Assembly (NCBI GenBank): GCA_002774365.1
Contig: PEYM01000120.1
Location: 1-57,787, forward strand
Reading direction: 5' to 3'
Source of the DNA: Candidatus Saganbacteria bacterium CG08_land_8_20_14_0_20_45_16
Lineage (GTDB): Bacteria > Margulisbacteria > WOR-1 > O2-12-FULL-45-9
Length of the DNA stretch: 57,787 nt
Shown here: one piece after another, positions 7,980 to 18,467 of the stretch
Numbering within the stretch: the stretch's first letter is position 1
How the letters are laid out: each line of letters begins with the position of its first letter
Position numbers and translations under genes: made by a program
The notes under the pieces: generated by a model
What the model was told of the DNA's origin: nothing
What the model saw: the letters and a program-made list of their open reading frames with translations, nothing else
The model's database searches: none

Positions 7980-10900
7980 GCTTATCGCAGCCTTTGATCT
8001 CTAACCGCCTCAGCCGACCATCAAAAAAAGCCACTATTAATTGATCGTTTTCCTCTTTGATGCTCTTAACCCCAGCTTGCAGCGCCTTGACCTTTAAGGA
8101 TAAGAGTTCAAATAACTTGGCCAGTTTAGCTGGGACAGGGCCAAAACGCTCAAGCAGCTCTTGCTTCATCTCCAAAAGCTCAGCTTGGCTCTGCAATAGG
8201 TTCATCCGACGGTAGACAGCAATCCGCTGTCGCTCGTCAACAATATAGGCTTCTGGAATAAACCCTTCGACTTTAAGGTCAAGCATTACCTCACGGGGAC
8301 TGACCGATTTTTGTCCCTTAACCTCGCGCACCGCCTGCTCCAGCAGTTCACAATAGAGGTCAAAACCAACTTCAAGAATGTGGCCTGACTGCTCTCGGCC
8401 TAAAAGATTGCCTGCACCCCTGATCTCTAGATCACGCATCGCCAATTTATAGCCAGAGCCCAAAGCTGTAAATTCAGTGATTGCTGCCAAACGCTGCTGA
8501 GCTTCGGTTGTCATAACCTGGTGTGGCTGATAAAACAAATAGGCGTAAGCCTTGACCGCAGACCGGCCCACCCTGCCCCTAATCTGGTAAAGCTGAGACA
8601 AACCAAAATGGTCAGCGTTATTGATCAAGATCGTATTAACGTTTTGGATATCAAGCCCAGATTCAATGATCGAGGTGCAGACCAAAACATCAAATTTGCG
8701 ATCAAGAAAATCGATCATGGTGTTTTCTAACTGACGCTCTGGCATTTGGCCATGGGCCACTGCTACCTTAGCCTCAGGCACTAATCTTTTGATCTTAGCC
8801 GCCGCCCCAACAATCGTTTTGACCACATTATGTAAAAAATAGATCTGCCCGCCGCGGTCAATCTCGCGCAAAATAGCTTCGCGGACCACGGCCTCGTTGT
8901 AAGGCAAAACATAAGTCCTAATCGGCGAGCGGTCAATGGGCGCGGTATTGATCACACTTAGGTCCCTTGCCCCGGCCAGGGACAGGTAAAGTGTCCGCGG
9001 GATCGGCGTAGCGCTTAAGGTCAGCACGTCAACATTTTGTTTTATTTTTTTTAGCCGCTCCTTGTCCCTGACCCCAAAGCGTTGCTCTTCATCAATGACC
9101 AGCAGTCCCAGATCGTGAAAGCGAACATCCTTGGACAACAAGCGATGGGTGCCAATCACAATATCAATTTTGGCCCGGGCCAGGTCCGCTACAGTTTGCG
9201 CCTGATCTTTTTTTAAGCGAAAACGAGACAGCATGGCAATGACAAACGGGGTTTCCTTAAAACGCTCTTTAAAATTATTATAATGCTGTTCAGCCAAGAT
9301 CGTGGTCGGCACCAAAATCACAACTTGTTTGCCTGCAGCCGCAGCTTTGGCCGCGGCTCGGACTGCGACCTCGGTCTTGCCATAGCCAACGTCACCACAA
9401 ACCAGGCGGTCCATGGGCCGTGACGCTGCCATATCTTCTTTGGTCGCAAGGATCGCTCTTTGCTGGTCAGGCGTTTCCTCAAAAGGAAAAGTGTCTGCCA
9501 GATCTTTTTGCCAAAGATCATCTCCCAAAAAACTAAAGCCTGGCAGTTTTTGGCGGTGGGCATAAAGGTGCAAGAGTTCGCTGGTCATGTCTGTGAGCGC
9601 TTTTTTTACCCGCGACTTGGTCTTTTCCCATTGACCGCTGCCTAACTTGGACAAGCGCGGGCTGGCGCCGCCAGCAGCGGAAAATTTCTCGACCATCCCG
9701 ACCATGCTCGGCGGCACATAAACCTTGGCCTTTTGCGCAAACTCTAAGACCAAATATTCACGCTCAATCCCTTCGATCGTCAAAAGCTCTAAGCCTTGAT
9801 AAAGCGCTACCCCATAATTTTCGTGCACCACATAATCACCTATTTTTAGCCGGGCCAACAACTCTTCAGCCACGCCTTCTTTAACCATAGGCCTGGCCCG
9901 ACGTGGCCGGCCGATTTCACCAAAAAGCTCGCGGTCAGACAAAAGCTCTAAGTCGGCTATTTGGCAACCGCCACGCAAATTCCCTTCAATTACAACCGCA
10001 CTAATTTCTTCGCGCAAGCGGGCCGCGTGCCGGCTGACCACAATTGTCTGATCAGATATATCAGTTAACTGCTGCCGGTAATCAAGCGGCTGGCTAAAGA
10101 GCACAGGAGTATCAGGCCCTAAAAAAGCAGATAATTCTAATTGTTTGAAAGGAGCAGCTAATTTTTTTATCTCTAAGAGATCAAGGTAGGCAAGCGGGCT
10201 GGGAAAAGTCTTGGCCCGAGCCAGCTCTCGTTTAACAAGCTGCTCAAGCTCAACAATATTATCAAAGGCCACCAAGGTTTGTTTAGAAAAATGTGCGAAA
10301 ACCGGCTTAGCAAACTCTTCACTAGCCGACACAACCACGGCTTCGGCTAACGAGCCCAACGAGCGCTGGTTATACGTTGCAAAACTGCGCAAACTGACCA
10401 AGAGATCATCAGCTAGCTCCAACCTAATTGGCTGCTTAAGGTTAACGGGAAAAATATCAACAAGTCCGCCCCTGACTGAAAACTCACCAGGCTCACCCAC
10501 AATGTCAAAGCGCTGGTAACCCAAATCAACCAAACGCATGATCAATTTATCTAAGGGTAAGCGCTGCTTAGAAACTAAGGACAGTGCCTCAATTGTTTGG
10601 CTAGTCTGCCACATTAACGCCTTGATCGGTGCCACGATTAGCAGCGGCGACTTTTTTTTGAGCTGCCAAAGCAAACCCAACCTTTCCCCAATTATCTCTC
10701 GGCTAACTAGCAAGCCCTCGCCTGGCAACATATCAGGAGCTGGAAAAAGCGCGACCTTGGCTCGGCTAAACAGCTCTAGCTCTTCTTTAACTGCCTCTGC
10801 CTTGGCTGTGGTGGCCACGACAATCAAAATTATAGGAAAATGAGCGTGGCAAGCTGTCAGCAGCAATGAGCTAGCTGCGCCTGGCAAACCAGCAAAAGCA

Positions 10901-10986
10901 GCTTGGCCTGAGTGACACAACAATGTTATCTGCTCTTTAAACTGTGGGTGTTGGCCTATTGTTTCAAGTAAACGGGTAAACGGCAT
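7930..10986 (-). CDS. mfd: Transcription-repair coupling factor Mfd
   Basis: 1018 aa. Superfamily-2 helicase motifs [31 protein letters not shown] and RGRVGRS, plus an N-terminal UvrB-homology-like region. Confidence 0.95.
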   Translation of the reverse strand: MPFTRLLETIGQHPQFKEQITLLCHSGQAAFAGLPGAASSLLLTACHAHFPIILIVVATTAKAEAVKEELELFSRAKVALFPAPDMLPGEGLLVSREIIGERLGLLWQLKKKSPLLIVAPIKALMWQTSQTIEALSLVSKQRLPLDKLIMRLVDLGYQRFDIVGEPGEFSVRGGLVDIFPVNLKQPIRLELADDLLVSLRSFATYNQRSLGSLAEAVVVSASEEFAKPVFAHFSKQTLVAFDNIVELEQLVKRELARAKTFPSPLAYLDLLEIKKLAAPFKQLELSAFLGPDTPVLFSQPLDYRQQLTDISDQTIVVSRHAARLREEISAVVIEGNLRGGCQIADLELLSDRELFGEIGRPRRARPMVKEGVAEELLARLKIGDYVVHENYGVALYQGLELLTIEGIEREYLVLEFAQKAKVYVPPSMVGMVEKFSAAGGASPRLSKLGSGQWEKTKSRVKKALTDMTSELLHLYAHRQKLPGFSFLGDDLWQKDLADTFPFEETPDQQRAILATKEDMAASRPMDRLVCGDVGYGKTEVAVRAAAKAAAAGKQVVILVPTTILAEQHYNNFKERFKETPFVIAMLSRFRLKKDQAQTVADLARAKIDIVIGTHRLLSKDVRFHDLGLLVIDEEQRFGVRDKERLKKIKQNVDVLTLSATPIPRTLYLSLAGARDLSVINTAPIDRSPIRTYVLPYNEAVVREAILREIDRGGQIYFLHNVVKTIVGAAAKIKRLVPEAKVAVAHGQMPERQLENTMIDFLDRKFDVLVCTSIIESGLDIQNVNTILINNADHFGLSQLYQIRGRVGRSAVKAYAYLFYQPHQVMTTEAQQRLAAITEFTALGSGYKLAMRDLEIRGAGNLLGREQSGHILEVGFDLYCELLEQAVREVKGQKSVSPREVMLDLKVEGFIPEAYIVDERQRIAVYRRMNLLQSQAELLEMKQELLERFGPVPAKLAKLFELLSLKVKALQAGVKSIKEENDQLIVAFFDGRLRRLEIKGCDKLKLAEQGIAGQSLGRG

Positions 10987-10993
10987 GGCAGAG

Positions 10994-11560
10994 TTATTCT
11001 AACACATTGAATTTATTCATGGCTGACTTAAAACCGTCCCTAACTGCCAGCTCAACTGCCTCGGTCGCTGTCAGGACTGCCTCGGCCAAAACTTTAGCTT
11101 CTGCAGGCGGAATTTTTGCCAAGACATAGTCAGCGGTTTCCTGGCTAGGCTGATTTTTGCCAATACCTAGGCGGACCCGGGGGAAAAGCGGCGAGCCAAT
11201 CGCCTCAATAATTGATTGCACCCCTCGGTGGCCGCCAGAGCTGCCGCTCTCACGCAACCTAAGCTGGGCCAACACCAGGTCAACATCATCGTAAATTACA
11301 ATCAGCTTTTCTGGCCCAAGTTTATACCAGGCTAATAAGGCTTGGACTGCCTGGCCAGAATTGTTCATAAAGGTCTGGGGTTTAGCAAAAATAACCTTGT
11401 GCCGGGCCACCCGTGTTTCAGCTATTAATGAGGAAAATTTTGTTTTGAACTGACCAATCTCCCAACGAGCAGCTAATTGATCAATAACCTGAAAGCCAAG
11501 ATTGTGTCGGGTTTTAGCATACTCCTCACCAGGATTGCCTAGCCCAACAATTAAGTACAT
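10994..11560 (-). CDS. pth: Peptidyl-tRNA hydrolase
   Basis: 188 aa. MYLIVGLGNPGEEYAKTRHNLGF and the GGHRGVQS motif. Confidence 0.95.
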   Translation of the reverse strand: MYLIVGLGNPGEEYAKTRHNLGFQVIDQLAARWEIGQFKTKFSSLIAETRVARHKVIFAKPQTFMNNSGQAVQALLAWYKLGPEKLIVIYDDVDLVLAQLRLRESGSSGGHRGVQSIIEAIGSPLFPRVRLGIGKNQPSQETADYVLAKIPPAEAKVLAEAVLTATEAVELAVRDGFKSAMNKFNVLE

Positions 11561-11563
11561 ACC

Positions 11564-12445
11564 CTATCTGCCGTAGGAAAATTCAATGCCAAAGCGAACA
11601 TCATGGGCGACTTCACTGATGGCTGCGGCTGGTTTATCCTTTAGGTAAGTCACGCCAAGTACCTCTGTAAACATTCTAAACTTATGAAAAAACTCAACTT
11701 CACTGGTGCGGCTGCGCCAGGGCTCAAAACGCACGCCCACGCCATAATCCGCAACATTCAAGAAAGAATAGCTCGCCCCGCTCTTGCCTGAATAAGTTAC
11801 ATCTGCCCTTAGGTACGGGGCAATCCCATCAGCCAGATAAATCCCAATCTTGGGCTGAAAGTAAACTACATAGTCCTTAAATTCTTCCCAGCCAAAATTT
11901 GTTTCTCGATAAGAAACAGTTGACCAAAGCTCGCCCCAAGGCTTTTGCCGGTCAGGCTTTTCTTGGTTCCACTCGTGCCAAATTTCCAGGCCATAGCGGG
12001 TATCTTCCTTGGCCAAAGTCTCGGCCGACGCGGCATTTTTTAAGTAGGAGGCAGAAAGCTTTTCAGCAAAGAGCTTGACCCCAGGCAGCCACTCGTTGGC
12101 CCAGTTGGTCGCTGGAAAATCGCGCAGCGGCATGACCCTTAGGCCATATCCAGAAAAAAGTGAATTGTCCCAATAATCATTTGATTGTGAGCCAACCCCA
12201 TAATACACACCATAAACCTGAAGCGGCGCACTCCCAACATTAAGACCAACTTTACCCTCAAAACGCGCCAGGCTAGAGGAAAAATTCTTGTTTTCCAAGT
12301 TGGTATCAAAGAAGGCCGCGTTATTCCACAGCTCAATAAAAAGAGCTGAGGGGACAAGCGTTTTAGGTTGACCGCTGTCCTGGGCCATGGCAAAGCCAGA
12401 CAAGAACATAGCCAGCAATAAACCTGACAATAAGATCTTTTTCAC
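11564..12445 (-). CDS. Secreted beta-rich protein, putative outer-membrane beta-barrel
   Basis: Signal peptide MKKILLSGLLLAMFLSGFAMA-QD. Aromatic/Gly-rich alternating pattern throughout, ending FGIEFSYGR. Function unknown. Confidence 0.55.
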   Translation of the reverse strand: MKKILLSGLLLAMFLSGFAMAQDSGQPKTLVPSALFIELWNNAAFFDTNLENKNFSSSLARFEGKVGLNVGSAPLQVYGVYYGVGSQSNDYWDNSLFSGYGLRVMPLRDFPATNWANEWLPGVKLFAEKLSASYLKNAASAETLAKEDTRYGLEIWHEWNQEKPDRQKPWGELWSTVSYRETNFGWEEFKDYVVYFQPKIGIYLADGIAPYLRADVTYSGKSGASYSFLNVADYGVGVRFEPWRSRTSEVEFFHKFRMFTEVLGVTYLKDKPAAAISEVAHDVRFGIEFSYGR

Positions 12446-12476
12446 TTATTCACCTTTAAGCCTATTAAGCCTTGGT

Positions 12477-13226
12477 TTAGTCTTCAACAATCAAGACAAT
12501 ATTGTCTAGGTTTAAATTCACCAAGGCATCGCCTTTTGAACCTAAACAGATTACTTGCAGTTGCAGCAAACCGCCAGAGCCGCTAGCTTGCTTGAAATTG
12601 AAAACATCATCGCCAACACCTGGGTTATCATCAACAAAGTCATCAAAAGCAATCACTACCCGCTTCCAACCCTGCCAATCCACCCGAATATCAGTCACAT
12701 ATTTGTCGTCATAAATTGGGGCATAGCTCTTGGCTGGATCCTGCTCTACTTGCCAATTGTTGTTATCATCATCAAGCAGCTCAATTTTGATCGTGCCAGA
12801 CCCTGGGCCATTGCCATAAATATCTACAGACAAGGCATTGTACTTGGCAAAATCAAGGTTTTCCTTGGCCAAATAAGTGCCGCAACCACCAGAATACCAA
12901 TTCTTGGCATTGCCTTTTAGCAACAGCGAGTATTTACCAGCCTGGCCAGCTACTTCACGCTCGCCACCAGTATAAGTATCATTGCTCACAGCCTTAGCAG
13001 TTTGAATGTCAAAGGTCCACCACTCCCGCGGGGCCCGTAAACTGCCAGACTCAAAATCATCAATCACATATTTGTCCCCTGCCTGACCCACTGTAGCAGT
13101 TTTATCACTGGTCGGGCTACTATTATTAGTAGTATTAGTATCAGGCGCCCCACCCATTGCCATGGCACTAGACACGAGCAAACCCAAACTGGCCAACAGA
13201 AACAAAGTCAATCCAATCTTTTTCAT
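12477..13226 (-). CDS. Secreted protein with CBM11/CIA30-like carbohydrate-binding fold (putative)
   Basis: Signal peptide MKKIGLTLFLLASLGLLVSSAMA, T/N/S-rich linker, then DDFESGSL..WWTFD..YSLLLKGNAKNWYSGG, reminiscent of CIA30/CBM11-type beta-sandwiches. Confidence 0.5.
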   Translation of the reverse strand: MKKIGLTLFLLASLGLLVSSAMAMGGAPDTNTTNNSSPTSDKTATVGQAGDKYVIDDFESGSLRAPREWWTFDIQTAKAVSNDTYTGGEREVAGQAGKYSLLLKGNAKNWYSGGCGTYLAKENLDFAKYNALSVDIYGNGPGSGTIKIELLDDDNNNWQVEQDPAKSYAPIYDDKYVTDIRVDWQGWKRVVIAFDDFVDDNPGVGDDVFNFKQASGSGGLLQLQVICLGSKGDALVNLNLDNIVLIVED

Positions 13227-13275
13227 ATTAACGCACCCCTTTCAATATATCTTTCGCTAGCTTTATAAAGAAATT

Positions 13276-15015
13276 TCACTCTAATTCTAAAATGCCCCAA
13301 ACACTCGGGTCCTTATAAAAATAATAGTCGCCGTTCCAAATAAACTGGCGCTCACGCACCCCAGCCTTATCAGCATCATCAAAAGCAATGTCAAAGCCTA
13401 ACTTTAACCCGCTGGCTGGCACAACTTTTGCCTTAAAAAAGCTCCAAGGCACCTTAGCCTCAAGCACATAACCAAACGGTTGGCTCTTTTTCTTAGCTAC
13501 AATCTCACCCCCTTCAGGAATTCGTCTTCTTTGCCAATTCCAAATGATCGGCAAATTGTCCTTGCCATCACCAGTGCTAAAACCAATTTGATAGTCCTTG
13601 CGGCCAAAAGAGGTCCGGGTTGGGTCAGCCGCTGGATCAAGGCCCAAGACCATCTCTAGCGCGTCGCCATTCCAGACGTTTTGATTTTGCTGTTTATTGG
13701 ACAAGGGATAGTTGTCTGTTATCTCAGCCGCCAGGTAAAGGTTGGTCTCGTCCCACATTAAATAGACTGTCCCTGAAAGATCTGCTAGCCCACCCCAACC
13801 AAGTCCTTCCTTAAAAAAGGCTTTATCTTTCATGACCAAGGCGTTCTTTTTGGGCCAGTCTGATAAATTACCATCAATTTTAATTGCCTGCTTGGCCTGG
13901 TCAGCAATGATCGTTTTTCTTCGCTGCTCCAGCTTGACCACCTTGGGTTGATAGCTTGCTAAAGCCTCGCCTGAACCAGAAAAAATCTGGTCTTTTAACA
14001 TCTCTTGATAAGCTGCCAAAGACTCTTTGGAAGACTTGATGCGCCAATCAACTTCTTTATCAACATCAAACCAAATCAAAAGATCTATATCCCTCATACT
14101 TGATTTTAGGGAACCAGGAAGATCCTTGAGCCAAGCGGCTTTTTCTCCGCCTTTTTCAGCACAGGAAAACTCAGCGATCATAATCGGCTTACCTAGCCAG
14201 AGCTTGTGAGCGACCCGCATCTGGTTGCGGAACAAACCCAGAAAAGTCTCCCACCCGCTCCAGGACTGGGTCTTGCCCCAGTTGTAGCCATCAATCCCGA
14301 TCCAATCAACATAAGCATCACCAGGATAAGTATCAACCCAATTATTCCATGGCTCATCAGGGTTTGAATAATTATTAAAGCTCCAAACCCATTTGACATT
14401 GCTCGCTTTTTCTTGCTTAAAGATATCAACAACATGACGATAAAACTTGATGAACTTTTCTGGATCTTTGCCATTCCTGCCCACACTCCACGAATAAATA
14501 TCAACATTAAACTCATGGCCAATCCTTAAAAAGAGCGGCTGGCCAAATTCCTTGGCTCCCTTGGCCCACTGGCGGATATAGCCATCCCACTTGCCAGCAA
14601 TAATATCATCAATCGTAATCTTACCTGGGTAAGTCCAATACATCGCCTCCCAAACAATATGCGGCACTGCGCCATAATCAGTGACTTTTTTTGCATCAGC
14701 GCTGGGGAAAGGGCACGCCCAATCCTGATACCACATGATGGTTGCTGGCTTGGCCCCAACTTGCTCTTCATATTTTGTAATATAGTTCATATTGTCCGGC
14801 GCACCTTGGCGAAATACGCCAATAAATACTTGCCTTATTCCTGGATTAGCTTCAGCTGCTTGGGACATTGCATAAGCCAAAGTTCCAACAAGCGTAAAAC
14901 TTAAAAGGCAAAGCCACAGCAAAAAATTCGAAAAGACAATAGACCATGGACTATGGACAATTGACCTCGGACATGGAACATAGGATATAGGACATTTTAA
15001 ATTTTGGCTTTCCAT
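13276..15015 (-). CDS. GH26-like glycoside hydrolase (beta-mannanase family) with C-terminal CBM9/DOMON-like module
   Basis: FLRIGHEFN (acid/base Glu context), GDAYVDWIGIDGYNWG and PIMIAEFSCAE (nucleophile context). C-terminal IKIDGNLSDWP..YLMWDETNLYLAAEITD..GDALEMVLG..GFDIAFDDAD is typical of family-9 CBM-like domains. Confidence 0.65.
   Translation of the reverse strand: MESQNLKCPISYVPCPRSIVHSPWSIVFSNFLLWLCLLSFTLVGTLAYAMSQAAEANPGIRQVFIGVFRQGAPDNMNYITKYEEQVGAKPATIMWYQDWACPFPSADAKKVTDYGAVPHIVWEAMYWTYPGKITIDDIIAGKWDGYIRQWAKGAKEFGQPLFLRIGHEFNVDIYSWSVGRNGKDPEKFIKFYRHVVDIFKQEKASNVKWVWSFNNYSNPDEPWNNWVDTYPGDAYVDWIGIDGYNWGKTQSWSGWETFLGLFRNQMRVAHKLWLGKPIMIAEFSCAEKGGEKAAWLKDLPGSLKSSMRDIDLLIWFDVDKEVDWRIKSSKESLAAYQEMLKDQIFSGSGEALASYQPKVVKLEQRRKTIIADQAKQAIKIDGNLSDWPKKNALVMKDKAFFKEGLGWGGLADLSGTVYLMWDETNLYLAAEITDNYPLSNKQQNQNVWNGDALEMVLGLDPAADPTRTSFGRKDYQIGFSTGDGKDNLPIIWNWQRRRIPEGGEIVAKKKSQPFGYVLEAKVPWSFFKAKVVPASGLKLGFDIAFDDADKAGVRERQFIWNGDYYFYKDPSVWGILELE
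14935..14997. repeat. Nine phased heptanucleotide units (GACNNNN on the plus strand, CATAGTC-type on the minus strand) at the 5' end of the GH26 gene
   Basis: GACAATA GACCATG GACTATG GACAATT GACCTCG GACATGG AACATAG GATATAG GACATTT. This is 63 nt (21 codons), encoding CPISYVPCPRSIVHSPWSIV ahead of the hydrophobic signal-like segment. Confidence 0.75.
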
Positions 15016-15018
15016 AAG

Positions 15019-16461
15019 TTATCCTTTCACTGCGCCGGCAGTTAAACCGCGCACGATATGACGTTGCAACAAAAAGAATATCACAACCACAGGCAGGGTC
15101 GCAACCGTGGCCGCGGCCATCATTAGATCAAAACGGTTTTGGTAATTACCAACAAACAAACGGATGCCAACTGGAATAGTCATGGTATCTGCATTGGTCA
15201 AGACCCAGGCAAACATTAGCTCGTCCCAGGCATTTAAGAAAACATAAATTCCAGTCGCAATAATCCCTGGCATGGCCAGCGGCAAAGCCACATGCCAAAA
15301 AACTCGCAAACGAGAACAACCATCAATCAAGGCTGCTTCTTCCAGCTCTCGCGGGATCGCGGCAAAGAAACCGCGCAAAATCCAGATAGAAAAAGGGAGA
15401 AACCAAGCTGAATAAATCAAGATGATCCCAGGGAAGGTCCCTTTGACTGGAATACCTGTCAGGGTAGTAAATTTAACAAACATAATGTAGATCGGGATCA
15501 GGTACATGATCATGGGAATCATTTGAGTAGCTAAAATAGCGTTGCTAAACAAGTCTGACCCAGGAAAGCGAAAACGTGACAAGGCATAAGCCGCGAAAGT
15601 AGCAAAGATCATGGCAAAGACCATAGTAAAACCACAGATAATTAAAGAATTCCGCAAATACAAGCCAAAGTTGACGTTTTTCCACATATCAATATAGTTA
15701 TTAAACCTGATCAAGAGATGGCCATTGGGTAAACGAGTCTGACCAAGCACTTGCTTAGAGCCGGCGTCGCAGCGAAAAAGCTTGCCCGAGCTGCCACCCA
15801 GGTAAAAAACATTGTTGTCTCTTACTTGAACAAAGATCTCGCTATCAATTCCGGCAAAAGCTGCCACATCAAGTGGCCGAGGCCTTTTTCTCTCAGGAAA
15901 ATAATTGTGTTTTTTCTCACGGATGAATTTGACGGCAAGGGTTGCTGGGTCAAACTGCCAAACCCCAGAGAAACTTTTATAGTCAAGTGAAGCCACAATC
16001 TTGCCATTAATCTTGGCTAGATAAGTAGTGGTAACTTTATTGTAGTCAATTACTGGCAGATCAAACCTAACTCGTTGGTGCTGCTTAAAATTATGCTGAT
16101 CAATGCGATACAGTCCCTTATCAGCCGAGAATAGCCAGATGTATTGACCATCCAGCAAATAAGAAGTAGCTGCAGTCTTATAAGAGTAATGCGCTCGCAG
16201 TTTAAGGTCAGCCGCCTGAAAACGATTAAGGCCACCGTCAGCAGCCAAGACCAGCAACTCCTGGCCAATAGGCTTGATGAGCAAAATGTCCGTGCCAGCT
16301 CGGCGCAGGCCAACCTTGCCAATAGCAATGTCAGTTGAGTCCTTAAGCGAAGAATAGACCATCCAGCCAATTGGCAAGAGGGTAAAGAACAAAAAGACCA
16401 GCATAAAAAAGCTAATAATAATATCAGTTAAGCGTTTTTTAAAATAATAAGATAGGTTCAT
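15019..16461 (-). CDS. Carbohydrate ABC transporter permease (MalG-type) with a large extracytoplasmic insertion
   Basis: The C-terminal 215 aa is a typical MalG-type core with EAA loop EEAALIDGCSRLRVFWHVALPLAMPG. About 230 extra residues lie between TM1 and TM2. Confidence 0.85.
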   Translation of the reverse strand: MNLSYYFKKRLTDIIISFFMLVFLFFTLLPIGWMVYSSLKDSTDIAIGKVGLRRAGTDILLIKPIGQELLVLAADGGLNRFQAADLKLRAHYSYKTAATSYLLDGQYIWLFSADKGLYRIDQHNFKQHQRVRFDLPVIDYNKVTTTYLAKINGKIVASLDYKSFSGVWQFDPATLAVKFIREKKHNYFPERKRPRPLDVAAFAGIDSEIFVQVRDNNVFYLGGSSGKLFRCDAGSKQVLGQTRLPNGHLLIRFNNYIDMWKNVNFGLYLRNSLIICGFTMVFAMIFATFAAYALSRFRFPGSDLFSNAILATQMIPMIMYLIPIYIMFVKFTTLTGIPVKGTFPGIILIYSAWFLPFSIWILRGFFAAIPRELEEAALIDGCSRLRVFWHVALPLAMPGIIATGIYVFLNAWDELMFAWVLTNADTMTIPVGIRLFVGNYQNRFDLMMAAATVATLPVVVIFFLLQRHIVRGLTAGAVKG

Positions 16462-17408
16462 TTCTCAACCAGTTCCTCGCTTCTCTTAAAATAAGTAAAC
16501 CAGATATTGACAATAATGATCATCACAATTAAGAGCAGGACCGACGTAGCTGCCCCAGTCCCGAAATTCCAGAGTTGGAAGGAATTGCGGAAAATATTGG
16601 TCATCATCAAATCGCCCCACTCCCCGGGATATCCTGCCCCAAAACCAAACATCATGATTACAATATTAAATGAATAAGTATTATAGATCAGACCAAAAAG
16701 GATCAAGATAAACCAAACTGGCCGGAGCAGCGGCCAGGTAATCATCCAAAATTTGCGCCAGGGACTGGCGCCGTCAATATCCGCTGCCTCATAAAGCTCT
16801 TCTGGAATAGTCTGCAAGCCAGCTAAAAGCATTAGCATTGAGAGCGGCCAAAAACGCCAGATCGTTGGGATAATGATGGCCCAGATAGTATTGGGGCCAG
16901 ACAGCCACGAGGGTTTGAACGGGATAATTTTGAGCCAGTCAGCCAGCATGACATTGACCAGGCCGCCCTGCTTGAGCCAAATAATCCCCCACAAAAGACC
17001 AGTCACATAAGTCGGCACAATCCAGGGAAAAAGAAACATGGTCCGGACAATCCGGCGGCCCCAAAATTTACGGTTAAGCATCAAAGCCACTACCATGCCA
17101 ACTCCCAGTGTCCCAATAGTCACAATAGTTGTATAAACTAAGGTATTGCGCACTGCCTCAAAAAGACCGATCCGAATAGGGCTGCCCGGATCAATCAAGA
17201 CTTTGTAGTAATTTTCTGAACCAACAAATGGGGCTAACAAATAACGCTGCAGGGTGAATTGGTCCAGCTTGAGGAAAGACATGTAAATGCCTTGGACAAT
17301 CGGGGAAAGATGCAAAAAGAGCATGGCCAAGGCAGTCGGTAAAATAAAATAATAGGCAAAACTATAACGTTTGATCTTTGCCCAAAGACTTTTTTTCTTT
17401 GCCTTCAT
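16458..17408 (-). CDS. Carbohydrate ABC transporter permease (MalF-type)
   Basis: Six predicted TM segments, EAA loop YEAADIDGASPWRKFWMITWPLLRP, and a 4-nt overlap with the downstream permease. Confidence 0.88.
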   Translation of the reverse strand: MKAKKKSLWAKIKRYSFAYYFILPTALAMLFLHLSPIVQGIYMSFLKLDQFTLQRYLLAPFVGSENYYKVLIDPGSPIRIGLFEAVRNTLVYTTIVTIGTLGVGMVVALMLNRKFWGRRIVRTMFLFPWIVPTYVTGLLWGIIWLKQGGLVNVMLADWLKIIPFKPSWLSGPNTIWAIIIPTIWRFWPLSMLMLLAGLQTIPEELYEAADIDGASPWRKFWMITWPLLRPVWFILILFGLIYNTYSFNIVIMMFGFGAGYPGEWGDLMMTNIFRNSFQLWNFGTGAATSVLLLIVMIIIVNIWFTYFKRSEELVEK

Positions 17409-17513
17409 TTTCCTTTTTCAAACACACTTTCTAAAAATTTGCCCGGCCGCTAGATCAGATTTTGTCTGCAGGGACACTGTCATCAGCCTAAGCAGGACAG
17501 CAAATTTTTAAGA

Positions 17514-18467
17514 TTATAACATCTTTTGCACAAAATAACTACTGGAAATCCCAGAGCGAAAAGCAGCTTCAGCCGACGGAGAAGAATTAAGCCGCCAATC
17601 TCGTTCTTTGTTAACATTAAAATAGCACAGGAGCTTGATCCTAGTATAATCTGTTTGAACCAGCGCTAAAGTTTCACTAAGCCAAACAGCCTTGCTCCCG
17701 CCCTGCTCAGCAGAAGCAAATTCAGCAATCATCAGTGGTTTATTAGTTAAAGTTATCAGTTGATTATAAGCTGAATTAAAAACAGCTGAAAAATCTTCCC
17801 AGGCACTATAGCCCCAGTTATAACCATCCAGGCCGACCCAGTCAACATATTGGTCGCCAGGGTAATAATTAGCCGGCTCATTCCAGGCCGCGTCCGGCAG
17901 ATTGTTATTATTGGGGATCCAAACCAGGCTAACATTGCTGGCCTTGACCCGCTCTCTTACATTATATATATAACGCCAAGCTTGTTGATACTTAGCCGGG
18001 CCAGCAGCTGCACCATTATGACTACCATCCCAGGGGTACCAGTTGCCATTCATTTCATGGGCAAAGCGCAGCAAGATCGGCCGGCCCCAATTTTTTGCTG
18101 CCAAGAGAAAATTACTGACATAAGCCTCAAAAGAGCCAGAAGCAATTGCCTCAAGTGTACCTAAAGTGTGGCTAACCCAAGGCTCCCAAGTAATTAAGGG
18201 GACACTGCCGCTAGCCGCCACCAAATTAGCCTCTGCGGTAGGGAATGGGTCTTGCCAGTGGACATACCAATGGACCACGGCTAAGTTTTGGCCAATCATG
18301 CTCTGAAAAGCCTCAAGATTGTCCAAACCACCCACAAAAGCGCCAACAGCGCAACCAGAGAAATTGCCAGTAATTTTTTCGTTCGAACTATTGGTCACAC
18401 CGCTACCTCCACAACCTGACAAAAATAAAATGAGGACAAGGCAAATAAAACATAGGGGCAGTTTCAT
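17514..18467 (-). CDS. GH26-like glycoside hydrolase, lipoprotein
   Basis: Lipobox LFLSGC after a signal peptide. LLRFAHEMNGNWYPWDG, GDQYVDWVGLDGYNWG and PLMIAEFASAE match the GH26 catalytic-region pattern. Confidence 0.7.
   Translation of the reverse strand: MKLPLCFICLVLILFLSGCGGSGVTNSSNEKITGNFSGCAVGAFVGGLDNLEAFQSMIGQNLAVVHWYVHWQDPFPTAEANLVAASGSVPLITWEPWVSHTLGTLEAIASGSFEAYVSNFLLAAKNWGRPILLRFAHEMNGNWYPWDGSHNGAAAGPAKYQQAWRYIYNVRERVKASNVSLVWIPNNNNLPDAAWNEPANYYPGDQYVDWVGLDGYNWGYSAWEDFSAVFNSAYNQLITLTNKPLMIAEFASAEQGGSKAVWLSETLALVQTDYTRIKLLCYFNVNKERDWRLNSSPSAEAAFRSGISSSYFVQKML

Noticed and set aside
17440-17495. A possible rho-independent terminator downstream of the GH26 lipoprotein gene, and another in the convergent gap at 3556-3654.
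   Set aside because: Only short imperfect stems (5-6 bp) without convincing T-tracts. Not supportable by eye.
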